DNA of 64,000 nt from Bryobacterales bacterium (GTDB taxonomy: Bacteria > Acidobacteriota > Terriglobia > Bryobacterales > UBA6623). The notes below the pieces were generated by a model that had not been told where the DNA came from, ran no database searches, and worked only from the letters and a program-made list of their open reading frames with translations. Below, piece after piece: positions 46,790 through 58,222 of the stretch (positions are counted from its first letter, which is position 1; each line of letters begins with the position of its first letter). Both the position numbers and the translations under genes were made by a program. The DNA lies in contig OY729428.2 of the NCBI GenBank assembly GCA_963422375.2, forward strand, positions 2,976,001 through 3,040,000, read 5' to 3'.

Positions 46790-48214
46790 ATGACATCAAG
46801 CCCGGTCAGCCGTCGAAACTTCCTCTCAGCAGCGGTGGGAGGGTTGGTAGCAGCCCCTACGGGCTCGGCCCAACCGAGCCCGATCCGACCGAACATCGTA
46901 TTCCTCATGACGGACAACCACCGCTGGGACCTGCTCGGCTGCATGGGCAACAGCGTCATAGGGACGCCCAACATCGACGCCCTAGCCGCCCGCGGCGCGC
47001 GCTTCGCGAACTCCTTCTGCACGACCTCGATCTGCGCCGCGACCCGCGCGAGCATCCTGACCGGAGAATTCCGCCGCGAGCACGGCTATACCTTCACCCT
47101 GCCGCCGCTGAGCCTGCAGCGCTTGGACCGGAGCTACCCGGCCCTTCTGAAGAACGCCGGCTACCGGACCGGATTCGTTGGCAAACTGGGAGTCGAGGTC
47201 GACGGAAGAGCTCCCGAACGCATGTTCGACTTCTACCGGCCTCGCATCGCAAGCTCCACTCGCAATCCCTACTACCGCACCGCTTCCGACGGTAAACTCA
47301 AGCACCTCACGACGATCAACGGCGACGATGCGGTGGAATTCATCCGGGAAAGCCGCCCGGAGCAGCCGTTCTGCCTCTCGGTCAGCTTCAGCGCGCCACA
47401 CCCGGAGGACGACAACCCCCGCCAGTACGTCTACGACAAGCGCTACGAGAGCCTCTACGAAGACGCGGTCATCGCGCCCCCTCCTGTCTCCGACCACAGC
47501 TATTTTCACCGCCTGCCCGGTTTCATCCAAGTGTCGATGAGCCGTCAGCGATGGTTCCGCCGCTTCGACACGCCCGAGAAGTACCAACGCATGATGAAGG
47601 GAATGTACCGCCTGATCACCGGCGTCGACGTGCAAGTCGGACGCATTGTAGACGAACTGAACCAGCGAGGTCTCGCGGACAACACCGTACTTATTTTCAC
47701 CGGCGACAACGGGATCATGATCGGCGAGCAGGGCCTGACTGGAATCTGGCTGATGTACGAAGGATCGATTCGTAAGCCGTTGATCATCGCCGACCCTCGC
47801 CTCGATGGTTCGCGGCGCGGAACGACTGTCGAGGGAATGGCCTTAAGCTTCGATTGCCCTGCAACTATGCTTGACATGGCTGGAGTTGAAGTCCCCGGCG
47901 AGATGCGGGGGCGCAGCCTGATGCCGCTTCTGCGCAGCGACGAAGTCGACTGGCGTTCGGATTTCTTCTACGAGCACCTGTACGAACGCGAGACGATTCC
48001 GAAGAGCGAAGGCGTGAGAACCGAACGCTACAAGTATGTCCGCTACTTCGAGCGGACTCCCGTATACGAGCAACTCTTCGATCTCCAAGAGGATTCGCAC
48101 GAGGTTGCGAACCTAGCCTCGGATCCAGCTGCCGCACGCGTTCTTGCGGAGCTCCGCGACCGCTGCGACCGGCTGCGCGACAGCGTGGGAGGTCCGTACG
48201 TCCGGGGCATGTGA
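46790..48214 (+). CDS. Tat-exported sulfatase
   Basis: SRRNFL, RPNIVFLMTD, CAATRASILTG, GYRTGFVGK, APH, GDNG. Confidence 0.94.
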   Translation: MTSSPVSRRNFLSAAVGGLVAAPTGSAQPSPIRPNIVFLMTDNHRWDLLGCMGNSVIGTPNIDALAARGARFANSFCTTSICAATRASILTGEFRREHGYTFTLPPLSLQRLDRSYPALLKNAGYRTGFVGKLGVEVDGRAPERMFDFYRPRIASSTRNPYYRTASDGKLKHLTTINGDDAVEFIRESRPEQPFCLSVSFSAPHPEDDNPRQYVYDKRYESLYEDAVIAPPPVSDHSYFHRLPGFIQVSMSRQRWFRRFDTPEKYQRMMKGMYRLITGVDVQVGRIVDELNQRGLADNTVLIFTGDNGIMIGEQGLTGIWLMYEGSIRKPLIIADPRLDGSRRGTTVEGMALSFDCPATMLDMAGVEVPGEMRGRSLMPLLRSDEVDWRSDFFYEHLYERETIPKSEGVRTERYKYVRYFERTPVYEQLFDLQEDSHEVANLASDPAAARVLAELRDRCDRLRDSVGGPYVRGM

Positions 48215-48498
48215 GCAATTGATCAAGCGCGGACGCCAGCCTCGGCCGATTCGCGCCCGATGCCTGCTCAGACGGCCGGCCAGAGAGCGTGGCGTCGCCA
48301 GGCCCGGGGGCATACGCGTACAGAGCGGGCCTTCGCCGGCTGCCGCCTGTCGAGCTGCGAGCGGTGAGGGAGTCCACGGCTGGAAGCCGCGGCATGTCAG
48401 ATTCCACATCGTGCCGACCGGTAGCGGGCCGGCGAGGGCAGCCCTCCACGAACTGCGGTCGGCCGTGCGGGCCGGCCCGGAAAAGTGTGCCCCGTCCG

Positions 48499-49807
48499 CT
48501 GTACTGAGAGGCGCAAAAGTCTTCCTGATTACCCACAAGACTCAGCCAAGGTTAGGAGGCGGTAAGGCATGGGCGGGGTGCGCACGGAGGCGTGGAGCAG
48601 GCGGGGGACCAGCGCCTCCGGATCGTAGCGGCGGTTGAAGCGGTAGCGGAACTCGGCGAGGTACCACGGCAGGTGCTTGCCGTCGAGCGCATGGCAGGTT
48701 CCCGCCAGGGACTGCTTGACGTTCGCCAGCATCGTGTTGACCCGGACGTTGACCCGGACGAAGCGGGAATCCCCGCAGCTCCGCTGCCCGCCTCCGGTGA
48801 CGGTCGGCACGTGCTCGCAGCCGGCGTCGGCCACGCCCCGCAAGCAGGCCGGGCCGTCGGAATGCACCTCCGTGCCGGGCTGCAAGTGCCGCCCGGCCCA
48901 CGCTGCCAGCGTCTTCTTGCGCAAGCCCGCCACGCTGCTCAGGCGCATCCTTTCCGTTCCGGCTGGCCGGCGGCGCTGACCTGCACGGCGGCGACGAACG
49001 GCGTCTTGCCCGCCGCTCCCCGCCCCACTCCCCGCCCCGGTAGGCGTCGTCCACTTGCACGATGCCGCCCGGCGGCACGCGCTCGTCGCGCTCCTTCAGC
49101 ACTTGCAGGAGCTTGTGCTTCATCTTCCAAGCCGTGTTCCGGCTCACGCCCAGCTGCCGCGCCAGTTCCAGCGACGAAACGCCGTGCTGGCCCTGCGTCA
49201 GCAGGTGGATCGCCAGCAACCGGACGGTCAGCGGCAGCTGGCTGGCGGCGCAGATCGTGCCGGCGACGAGGGAGCTCTGGCGGTGGCAGGCATGGCACTG
49301 CCAGAGCTTGCGGGAGCGGATGCGGCAGTGCCGGCGGGAGCCGCACTCCGGGCAGCGGAAGCCGTCCGGCCAGCGGGCGTTGCAGACGGCCTGCTCGCAT
49401 GGCCCCTCGCTGCCGTAGCGCTGCAGGAACTTGCCCGGGCTGAGTCCCTTCTGGCATTGCACGCGATTGCGTTTCAGCTGCTAGCCCCTTTCCTGTCAGA
49501 GATTTCCGACCTCCTTCAGTATAGCATATCCTCGGCTGAAGTTCGTTGGTAATCAGGAAAGTCTTTTCCCAAGATACGGGCCATACTCAGTCGACTTCGG
49601 ATTCAGGCTGTCATCATAGCAGCCCAGAGATAGAGTCTTGAATTCTCGAACTTAGGCCTGCATATTGTGATATACCGTAACTGTCTACACATTATATTGC
49701 GTACTCGAATTTGGAAGGCCTCCTTCTTAGCAGACTGCTTGGGAACCCAGTTGCCAGTACATTCTGGCCTGGCCGATCCGAAAAGACTCTTGCGCCCCTC
49801 AGTACTG
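48499..49807. mobile_element. MITE-like element (~267 bp reconstructed) whose left TIR is split by IS1595
   Basis: Rejoined left end CTGTACTGAGAGGCGCAAAAGTCTTTTC vs right end (reverse complement) CAGTACTGAGGGGCGCAAGAGTCTTTTC; AT-rich interior; no TSD found. Confidence 0.7.
48524..49557 (-). mobile_element. IS1595-family element type A, frameshifted transposase
   Basis: TIRs CCTGATTACC / GGTAATCAGG; 8-bp TSD AAAGTCTT (48516-48523, 49558-49565); close paralog of 23096-24125. Confidence 0.95.
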
Positions 49808-49835
49808 GGGTATTGTTGGCACAGGTGGACCAACC

Positions 49836-51875
49836 GTGAACTCCTCGTCATGCCTGCTCTCCGTTCCTAGTGCCACGCTCGTTCTCGCATGCCTCTCTGG
49901 CTGCGTCCAGCCTCGGACTAGCAACGCCCCGAGCTGGGCCGACCGCTCCAGAGACGGACTCCTGGAGTACCTTGCCGAGGAAGCCCGCGCCATCACGGAT
50001 CGCGCCGTCCAAGAGTCCGCTTCGCGGGAGTCGTGGGAGGCTGTCCGCGACCGGCGGCGGGAGGAACTCGAGGAGATGCTGGGTGTCGGACCCGACCGCC
50101 CGAGGACACCTCTGAACGCAAGGATCGCAGGCCGGATCGAGCGTGACGGGTACACGGTCGAGAGGATCGCGTTCGAGAGCATGCCCAGGATCTACGTGAC
50201 CGCCAATCTGTACTTGCCGACCGACCAAGGCGGCCCGGTTCCAGGGGTGGTCTACGTGTGCGGCCACGCGTTCTCCCCCCACGGGGCCAAGACCTCGTAC
50301 CAGCGTCACGGGCACACCCTCGCACGGCACGGCTACGCGGCAATGGTCCTCGATCCGATTCAAATCGCCGAGACCGTCGGCCTGCATCACGGGGTCCTCA
50401 ACCAAGAGATGTACGAGTGGTACTCCCGTGCCTACAGCCCTGCGGGACTGGAAGTCTGGAATGCAATCCGCGCCCTGGACTACTTGGAGACCCGCGCGGA
50501 GGTCGACAGCGACCGCTTCGCCATCACCGGACGATCAGGCGGTGCCGCCATGAGCTGGTTCACGGCGTCGGTCGAGCCGCGCATCAAGGCCGCGATCCCG
50601 ATCATGGGAATCGGCACCTACGCGGTCAGCGTGCCGGACAATACCCAGCGTCGGCATTGCGACTGCATGTATCCGGTCAACTTCCGGCAGCACGACATGA
50701 TCCACCTCGGGGCGCTGATCGCGCCGCGACCGCTATTCACCGCGCACGGACGCACGGACGCGCTGTTTCCCGTTCCCGGCTACGAGCAGTTTGAAGCGGC
50801 GATGTCGTCCCTCTACGCTTCGTACGGCGTGCCGGAGCAGTTCAGGAACCTCGTGGTCGAGAGCGGGCACGAGGACTCGGATCTGCTGCGAGCCGAGGCG
50901 GTTCATTGGCTGGACCGCTGGCTGGCCGGTCGCGAGCCGCGAGAAGTCGATACGAGCTTCGAGGAGATCGAAGCCTCCGAGCTGGCGGTCTTCGGCGGCC
51001 AGCCCCCCGCCGACGCCCGCAACTACCTAGCCCACGAATTCTTCATTCCGGAGTCCGAACGCGTCGACTGGACGGAGGGGAACAATTGGGACGAACGCCG
51101 CGGAAGGCTGCTGGAAGCGCTGAAGGGCTCCGTGCTGCAAGCGATTCCCAGAGAAATCCCCGTTCCGGCTACCCGATCCGGGCAACTCGAAGTTCCTCCG
51201 GGCTTCGAGTCGATCCAATTTGACTTCGATAGCCGCGTACCGGTCGAGGCGATGCTCCGCGTGCCGGACGAACCGAGCGGCCCGGCCCTGCTGCACGTCG
51301 CCGCCCCCGGAGAGGACCCCGAGGCCGTCCGGAGACTCCTGCGGAGCCTAGCCAACTTCGGGAGCAATCCGGTCCTCGTGGTATATCCCCCCGGCACGGG
51401 TACGGGGACGTGGCCCAAGTCCGAATGGAAGATGCTCCTGCGCAACGCAATGCAGACCGGGCGGACGGTCGACACCGTGCGAATCGGAAGCGTGCTAACG
51501 GCCGTGAAGGTGTTGCGCAATCGTGCCGGGGCCGACCGCCCGGTCGGCATCAGCGGCATAGGCCCGGCGGCCGGATGGGCGCTGTACGCGGCCGCGCTCG
51601 ACGAGTCGATCGCTCAGGCGATTCTGCTCGGCGCGCCTGCTTCGACCGCCGACGGGCCGGTCCTGCTGGGCGCGCTGCGTCACGCGGATCTGCCCGATAT
51701 CGCGGCGCTGGTGGCTCCGAGACGCCTGACGTTCTACGGCGGGATGCCGCGGGAGTATGAGCGCACGCGGCGAGTCTACGAGGGATTGGGAGCGGGCGAG
51801 CGGATCAGCATCTCGATGAGCCTAGGTGCCGCCCTGAACGGTCGATTCGGTCACGGCTACTCGATCGGGCTGTAG
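49836..51875 (+). CDS. Acetylxylan esterase-like alpha/beta hydrolase, probable lipoprotein
   Basis: LSGC lipobox, VTANLYLP, VCGH, WNAIRALDYL, GRSGG, HCDC. Confidence 0.85.
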   Translation: MNSSSCLLSVPSATLVLACLSGCVQPRTSNAPSWADRSRDGLLEYLAEEARAITDRAVQESASRESWEAVRDRRREELEEMLGVGPDRPRTPLNARIAGRIERDGYTVERIAFESMPRIYVTANLYLPTDQGGPVPGVVYVCGHAFSPHGAKTSYQRHGHTLARHGYAAMVLDPIQIAETVGLHHGVLNQEMYEWYSRAYSPAGLEVWNAIRALDYLETRAEVDSDRFAITGRSGGAAMSWFTASVEPRIKAAIPIMGIGTYAVSVPDNTQRRHCDCMYPVNFRQHDMIHLGALIAPRPLFTAHGRTDALFPVPGYEQFEAAMSSLYASYGVPEQFRNLVVESGHEDSDLLRAEAVHWLDRWLAGREPREVDTSFEEIEASELAVFGGQPPADARNYLAHEFFIPESERVDWTEGNNWDERRGRLLEALKGSVLQAIPREIPVPATRSGQLEVPPGFESIQFDFDSRVPVEAMLRVPDEPSGPALLHVAAPGEDPEAVRRLLRSLANFGSNPVLVVYPPGTGTGTWPKSEWKMLLRNAMQTGRTVDTVRIGSVLTAVKVLRNRAGADRPVGISGIGPAAGWALYAAALDESIAQAILLGAPASTADGPVLLGALRHADLPDIAALVAPRRLTFYGGMPREYERTRRVYEGLGAGERISISMSLGAALNGRFGHGYSIGL

Positions 51876-52061
51876 GCAGAGCCGCGGGCCGACTTGTAGT
51901 CGCCTAGCCCCGAGAGCGCAGAGCACAGGTCGATCCGGTCGATCGCGAACTCGCACCGTTGCGCTGGCATGCCGCCCGCCCTGGCGGATGCAGCCCCGTA
52001 CGAGATCCATGGCGCTCGGACGCGACCCGGATTCGACGGCCGCGCGGCGCAGGCATTCCCG

Positions 52062-55000
52062 CTAGAACTCGATACGCAAGCCCATCTGCATGATCCTCGG
52101 GCCCGTCAGGGTGTTGATTTCGCCGACCGTCCCGCTGGTCACCTGGCCAACCGGATTGGTGAGATTCGCGTGATTGAGCGAGTTGAACATCTCCCAGCGG
52201 TATTGCAGCTTCAGCTTCTCCGACAGATCGAAGTTCTTGAAGACGCCTAGATCGAGGTTCCAGTCGCCGGGGCTGATCATCGAGTTTCGTCCGAGGTTGC
52301 CGAAGTGACCGGACTGCGGCAGCGCGTAGGCGTCGGCATTGAACCAAGGCCCTCCGCCGACGATGTTTCCGCGGCTGCGGTTGATCCCCGACAGAGGGTC
52401 GCCCACCAAGTTGGGCCGCTGGCCCCCGCCGATGGTGGTTCCGGCGATGTCGCGACCGTGGTAGATGTTCACGGGATCGCCCGACTGGACCGAGTAGATG
52501 CCGTTGATCTGCCAGCCGCCCAGAAACCACCGGCCGGGCCCGCTGCTGGCGGGAGACGGAATGTCCCATACGAACGAGGTCACCATGCGGTGCGCGTGAT
52601 GGAAGTTCGCCAAGGCCTTGTCGGCATCCAAGTCCTCGAGATTCTGCGGGTTGAACTGATCGTTCGTGGCGAAGAGGTCCGTCGTCTTCGACCACGTGTA
52701 GTGGGTCAGCACAGTGAAGCCCCGGCTCATGCGCTTGTTTAGGGTGAACTGGAAGGCATTGTAGTTGCTGTAGGCCACGGACTGGTACTCGCGGATCGCG
52801 GTGAAGTCGCCGTGCGGCCGCACGTTAGGGCGGCCGCTGCTCTTCGCCGGCTTGACGTTGATGTCAAGCACGAGCGGCAGATTCGCGGCCTTCGACCCGA
52901 TATAGGCCGCGGTGATCAGAATCCTGTGCGGCAGCTCCCGCTGCACGTTGAGGTTCCACTGCTGGCTGTAGCCCGCGACTAGTTCGGGGCTCACACTCCG
53001 ACCGAACAGGATCGGCGTCACGAAGTCGAACGCCTTGCGGTCGGCGTCGCTGCGCGGCGGGCTGAACGGAAACGGATTGACGCGCCCCCGAAATGGCTCG
53101 TCGAACGTGGCCCCGGTCGAGTTGATGTCCCCTTGGCGCCTGTCGAACTGCATCGAGAACGGCGGGTTGTTCACGAACTGGCTGAGCGAGTGGAACGACG
53201 GCATGTCGTAGAAGAGGCCGAAGCCGGCACGAATCGCGGTCTTGGCGTCGGACGTAGGCTGCCATGCAAGGCCGACTCGCGGCGCGAAATTGTTCCAGTC
53301 CTTGGGCGCCCCGCCGCGCGGAACGTCGGGGTCGCTGGCATACAGGATGCCGGGCGGGGCCTGCGGGAACGAAGGCGACCGCTCGCCCGGGCTGAAGACC
53401 GACAGCTCGTCGTCGGCCGAGTGGAATTGATGATACGGTTCCCAGCGGAGTCCCATGCTTACCGTCAGGTTCGGCAGCACCTTCCAGTCGTCCTGGAAGT
53501 AGAGATTCGAGCCGATGTTCCTGATGCGGTTGATCCGCAGCGACCCCATGACGAAGCGCGACGGGAAGCCCAGAAAGAAGTCTCCGAGGCTGTTGTTCGT
53601 GCGGTTCCCGTTGAAGGTGAACTGCGGGTCGACCCGGTTATTCGTCAGGCGGTCGCTCTTGGACCAGCGGTAGTCGCCGCCGAACTTGATCATGTGCCCC
53701 CCGCGGGTCCACGACATGTCGTAGACGGCGTGGTAGGTCTGGCGGTCGGTGTCGAGCACGTTGACTTGGCCCAGGTTCCAGTAGCCGGTGACCCGTCCGC
53801 GCCACGTCACGGCCTGTTCCTCCGGGCTGACCGGGGCCGCTCGCTGCGCGTTCACGCCGAGGGCCTCGTACGTCGCGACCTGGCCGTCGAGCATCACCGG
53901 ATTGCCGCCGCGCAGCTGGTCTACCTCGTTCCAAGTGAACCGCCCCACGCCGAGCAGCGCCGGAGTGACGGTCCACGTATGCGACCCCTGCAGGTTCCAG
54001 TTCTTGAACCCCTCGTTCTGCGTCAGGGTGGGGACGTTGGCCGCGCGGAAGCGGTCGTCCACGTTGCGGAACAGCCGCAAGGTGGCGCGCTGCATGCCAG
54101 TGATCTGGTGGTCGACCCGCGCGATGTGCTGGTCGCGGTCGGGGTTGTCGGGCCGGTTGAACCCGATCCGTCCGAGGAGAGTGCCGTCGCTACGCTGCGT
54201 GACGACGTTGGCGTTCGGAATCAGCGCCTTGAGGTAGCTCGGCGCGACATGGTTCCAGCGCCCCTGCGGGATCACCGCGTTCGGAAAGGCGGCCTTGGTG
54301 TCGGGATCGTTCGGAGGCCTGCGGGACTGCGAGAAGTCGGCTCCGCGCTCGAGATCGGTGGCGACGTTGTGCAGGAATGCCTGAGCCTGGCGCGTCCGCG
54401 TCCCTTCGTAAGCGTAGAAGTAAAACGTCCGGTTCCTGACGACCGGCCCGCCGACCGTGGCGCCGAACTGGTTGCGGCGGAGCTTGCCCTTCTGGACGCC
54501 GGAGCGGTTGGCGTCGAAGCTGCTCGCGTCCATCGCGTCGTTGCGCAGGAAGTTGAAAGCGCTCCCGTGGACCTCGTTCGTGCCCGACTTGGTCACGGCG
54601 TTGATCACGCCGCCCATCGCGCCGCCGTGCTCGGCCGAAAAGTTCTGCGTCTGGATGCTGAACTCCTCGAGCGAGTCCGGATTGGGCACAATCATCGGCG
54701 CACCGCCTTGGTGGTCGTTGTTGTCGCCGCCGTCGAGCATGTAGTTGTTCGATTGCGCCCGGGCGCCGTTGACGCTAAAACCTCCGAACTGGGAGATCAC
54801 CCCGCCCGGCCCCGTGTTGACGCCGGGAACGAGCATGATGAGCTGGATGGGGTTGCGCCCGTTCAGGGGCAGCTCGGTGATACGGCGCTCGTCGATGATC
54901 TCGGTCAGGGTGGCGTTCGAGGTCTCGACTTGGGCGACGGCGCCCTCGACGGTCACCACCTCGGTCACCTGGCCGATCTCGAGCGTCGCCGTGACCTGAC

Positions 55001-55298
55001 GGCTCTGGTCGGCGTCAAGCCGGAACGTGCCGGACGAGAACGTCCGGAACCCGTCGCTCCGCACTTCGACGCGGTAGTCACCCACCGGCATGCGCGGGAA
55101 CGTAAAACGCCCCTGCGGATCGGTTTCCGCGGTCTGTTCGATCCCGGTCAGCTCGTTGGTAGCACGCACCTCGGCGCTAGGGACGACCGCTCCGGAGGCG
55201 TCCTGGGCCGTCCCGAGAATTAACCCAGTGGCCTGTCCCAAGAGCACCGCGGGCAAGGCCAAGCCAAGAAGCAGCGCGCACTGCAGTCCGATTCGCAT
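52062..55298 (-). CDS. TonB-dependent receptor, intact
   Basis: 1078 aa; signal peptide, LPLNGRN, TKSGTN, RRNQFGAT; C-terminal MGLRIEF. Confidence 0.95.
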   Translation of the reverse strand: MRIGLQCALLLGLALPAVLLGQATGLILGTAQDASGAVVPSAEVRATNELTGIEQTAETDPQGRFTFPRMPVGDYRVEVRSDGFRTFSSGTFRLDADQSRQVTATLEIGQVTEVVTVEGAVAQVETSNATLTEIIDERRITELPLNGRNPIQLIMLVPGVNTGPGGVISQFGGFSVNGARAQSNNYMLDGGDNNDHQGGAPMIVPNPDSLEEFSIQTQNFSAEHGGAMGGVINAVTKSGTNEVHGSAFNFLRNDAMDASSFDANRSGVQKGKLRRNQFGATVGGPVVRNRTFYFYAYEGTRTRQAQAFLHNVATDLERGADFSQSRRPPNDPDTKAAFPNAVIPQGRWNHVAPSYLKALIPNANVVTQRSDGTLLGRIGFNRPDNPDRDQHIARVDHQITGMQRATLRLFRNVDDRFRAANVPTLTQNEGFKNWNLQGSHTWTVTPALLGVGRFTWNEVDQLRGGNPVMLDGQVATYEALGVNAQRAAPVSPEEQAVTWRGRVTGYWNLGQVNVLDTDRQTYHAVYDMSWTRGGHMIKFGGDYRWSKSDRLTNNRVDPQFTFNGNRTNNSLGDFFLGFPSRFVMGSLRINRIRNIGSNLYFQDDWKVLPNLTVSMGLRWEPYHQFHSADDELSVFSPGERSPSFPQAPPGILYASDPDVPRGGAPKDWNNFAPRVGLAWQPTSDAKTAIRAGFGLFYDMPSFHSLSQFVNNPPFSMQFDRRQGDINSTGATFDEPFRGRVNPFPFSPPRSDADRKAFDFVTPILFGRSVSPELVAGYSQQWNLNVQRELPHRILITAAYIGSKAANLPLVLDINVKPAKSSGRPNVRPHGDFTAIREYQSVAYSNYNAFQFTLNKRMSRGFTVLTHYTWSKTTDLFATNDQFNPQNLEDLDADKALANFHHAHRMVTSFVWDIPSPASSGPGRWFLGGWQINGIYSVQSGDPVNIYHGRDIAGTTIGGGQRPNLVGDPLSGINRSRGNIVGGGPWFNADAYALPQSGHFGNLGRNSMISPGDWNLDLGVFKNFDLSEKLKLQYRWEMFNSLNHANLTNPVGQVTSGTVGEINTLTGPRIMQMGLRIEF

Positions 55299-56003
55299 TA
55301 TGCTAGCCCTCTCTCTTTCTTGGGCGGCAAGCCCGTGTACGGGTCTCGGCCGCCGCCTGCGGGAAGTCTCGGGATCAGCGTCATCGGAGTGGCCCCACGC
55401 TTGCGCAACACGAAGCCCTGCCTCCGCGACCTACTGTGCTCTGCCCGACGGTCTCGCGTCCGCCCGCCATCTCCCCCTATGTCTCGGCGGTGCGCCGACC
55501 GGGCAGGTTACGCTCCGGAAAGCCCTGCTGACCGAGCGTTGTCGCACACCCTAGTCCGAGACATTACCTCGGTTGCTGGCCGATTTGGATTGATTCCAGG
55601 CTAGACTCCCCCGGCCTGCCCGGCCAAGCCGAGCGCTTCGAGAGTGCCCGCGTGGCGGGCCGCACCCGTCCAGCACCCCGCCATGTGATCCGACGGCCGC
55701 GAGGGGACGGTTGTGACCGTGCAGTCTGGCGCCTCCGGCTCCCGCTATCGCTCGGCGGCGGACCGTGGCGCACTCCTAGGGTGACCAGCTGGTGCGGGGA
55801 GGGAGAGACGGCCGCGCCGCGACGCCGATGCACTGAAGGAAGCCCGCGGATGCCGGCGCTTCTCGCTTATCAGCGTCCGCAGAAAGGGCGGAACCCGCGT
55901 CGAGAGGGCAATCGCCTCAGGTTTCAACGATGACCGAGACGGGTCCAGTGTCGCCGAGTCGGCGATTCCCGTTGCCTCCCCCTGCTACTGCTACATTGCG
56001 GGA

Positions 56004-57866
56004 GTGCCGAGTCGGTGCTGTCTACTCGCGTGCGTAGGCCTCGCCGCGCCAATGGCCCTAGTGGCTGAGTGCGTGACGCCGCCCGGGCTAGGCGAGGCAT
56101 CCACGGCCGGAACCGCCACTGCGCACACCGCGCTGGGTTACTGGTTCGCAGAACAGGGCCAGACTCGTTGCGCGATCACCTCGTTCCAAGATGCGGTGCG
56201 CCTAGACGCCGAATCCTTGGAGGCGCACTACAACCTAGGCGTCGCCCACTCCGAGTTACGGGACTACGCGACAGCGGCCGTCCATCTGCGAGCCGCGAGT
56301 CGCATCGAACGCACGAACGGGCAGGTGTGGCTGGTTCTCGGGTCCGTGCAATTCGAGCTAGGCGAGGTCGGGGAGGCCGAGACGTCCCTAGTGAGAGCCT
56401 TGGAGCTGGACGGACCGACCGTGCCGATCCTCGCGGCCCTAGCTAGGACGCAGCATCGTCTCGGCAAGGCGGAGGCAGCTCGCGCCACGGTGGCAGAACT
56501 GCTGCGCGAGGACCCCGATTCCGAGATCGGGACCGCGATTCAAGCCGCGCTCGCGGGCCCTGTCACATCGCCCGCGCTCCGCGGCGCGCGGGCTTTCCGC
56601 AGCGGCGACTTCGCAGCCGCCGAAGCGGCCTTCCGCGAGACGGTGCAACTGAATCCCGGAAGCGCGGCGGCCCACCTCAATCTTGGCATGGCACTTCTCA
56701 ATCAGGGCAAGACCGCTCAAGCGGCGCGACACCTTGCGCGATCGGTCGAGATCCGTCCGGATCTTGCGTCGGGTTGGCTGGCTCTCGGCACCGCCCAGCA
56801 CGGACTCGGCCAGGCTCAGGCGGCCGAGGTGGCCTTCCGTAGAGCCGCGACGGAAGATCCGGGCAAGACCGAAGCCCGCTACAACCTTGCCATCGTCTTG
56901 TCCGCGCAGGGACGCAACTCCGAGGCCGAGGAATCGCTGCGCGCCGCGGACTCACTGCGACCAGGCGACGCAGCGATTCTCACGGCGCTCGGCATGGCAC
57001 TTGCCCGCCAGCAGCGCTTCGACGAGGCCGTCGCGACGCTGCGAAGGGTCGTGGCCAAGCAGCCCTCATCGGCACAAGCGCGTCTCAATCTCGGCATCGT
57101 GCTAGGAGACAGCTCGCGCTGGGAGGAAGCGCTCGCGGAATTCGATGCGGCGTCCGTCCTAGCGCCGACGTCGGCGGCGACTCACTTGCAGCGGGGTCGC
57201 GCGCTCTTCCAACTGCGCCGGTACGACGAGGCGCTTGCCTCGTTCGAAGCAACGGACCGCGCCGGCGGAGGGTCGGCCGAGGTGGCGAGCCACGTCGGTG
57301 CCACGCTGAATCGGCTCTCGCGCCACCTCGAGGCGGCGGCAGCGCTCAAGAACGCCGCCGCCGAGAAGCCGGACAGCGACTCGATACTCAGCGAGCTGGG
57401 TATCGCGCTGCTGCAATCGAGTCGGCCCGACGAGGCCGCGCTGCATCTCAAGCGTGCGCTGGACCTAAATCCCAGCAATTCCGTCGCCGCCGTCAACTTG
57501 ATCAAGGCGCTCTATCGGTCAGGCTCCGACGACACCGCCATGTATCGCAAGAGGCTGCGCGACTTGAAGCAGGAGGAAGGTGCTGCGACTCGCGCCAAGG
57601 TGCTTTCGAACTTCGCTGTGGAAGCAGCCGGCCGCGAGGAATGGGAAGCGGCTGTCGCGCAGTTGCGAGAGGCCCTCGGCACCTGCGGCGACTGCGCGGT
57701 CCGCGCCACCCTGCACAAGAACCTAGGTCTCGTTCTAGCCGATTCCGGCGCCGTCGCGGATGCGCTTGCGGAACTGGAGAGAGCCCGGATGCTAGATGAC
57801 GCGCCGGACATCGAGTATGCCATCCGCTCCGTGCAGCGCGTGGCGTCCGGAGGTCCTCAGCCGTAG
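56004..57866 (+). CDS. Secreted TPR-repeat protein
   Basis: 620 aa; many TPR units (AHYNLG, AHLNLG, ARYNLA, ARLNLG). Confidence 0.9.
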   Translation: MPSRCCLLACVGLAAPMALVAECVTPPGLGEASTAGTATAHTALGYWFAEQGQTRCAITSFQDAVRLDAESLEAHYNLGVAHSELRDYATAAVHLRAASRIERTNGQVWLVLGSVQFELGEVGEAETSLVRALELDGPTVPILAALARTQHRLGKAEAARATVAELLREDPDSEIGTAIQAALAGPVTSPALRGARAFRSGDFAAAEAAFRETVQLNPGSAAAHLNLGMALLNQGKTAQAARHLARSVEIRPDLASGWLALGTAQHGLGQAQAAEVAFRRAATEDPGKTEARYNLAIVLSAQGRNSEAEESLRAADSLRPGDAAILTALGMALARQQRFDEAVATLRRVVAKQPSSAQARLNLGIVLGDSSRWEEALAEFDAASVLAPTSAATHLQRGRALFQLRRYDEALASFEATDRAGGGSAEVASHVGATLNRLSRHLEAAAALKNAAAEKPDSDSILSELGIALLQSSRPDEAALHLKRALDLNPSNSVAAVNLIKALYRSGSDDTAMYRKRLRDLKQEEGAATRAKVLSNFAVEAAGREEWEAAVAQLREALGTCGDCAVRATLHKNLGLVLADSGAVADALAELERARMLDDAPDIEYAIRSVQRVASGGPQP

Positions 57867-58222
57867 GCGCTCGCAGGGCGGGCAGCCCACCCTGCGGCCC
57901 GCAATTGCACCGGACGACCGGCGTGAACGCGGGCATTGCGTCTCCGGCCGCGTGGCAGGCGGCGCACGAACCCGAAATCCTGGCCACGACCAAGCGTCGG
58001 CAGCCCGGGCTGCAAGCCTCCCTGGCAATTCCGGAAAGCAGTGCCACATGGGGCGTCGCTCGTTCGGCATTCCATCTCTCGCGGGAATCACGGCGTAAGC
58101 GACGGGAGGATTGGACGCCTGCGATCCGCAACCTCCGTTTCTCGGCCGTGCTACGATAGCCGGCTGCGTTCTGCGTCCGTCCCCAGTGCGGGGCGGCGCA
58201 TTCAGCTCAAAGGAGCGTAACG

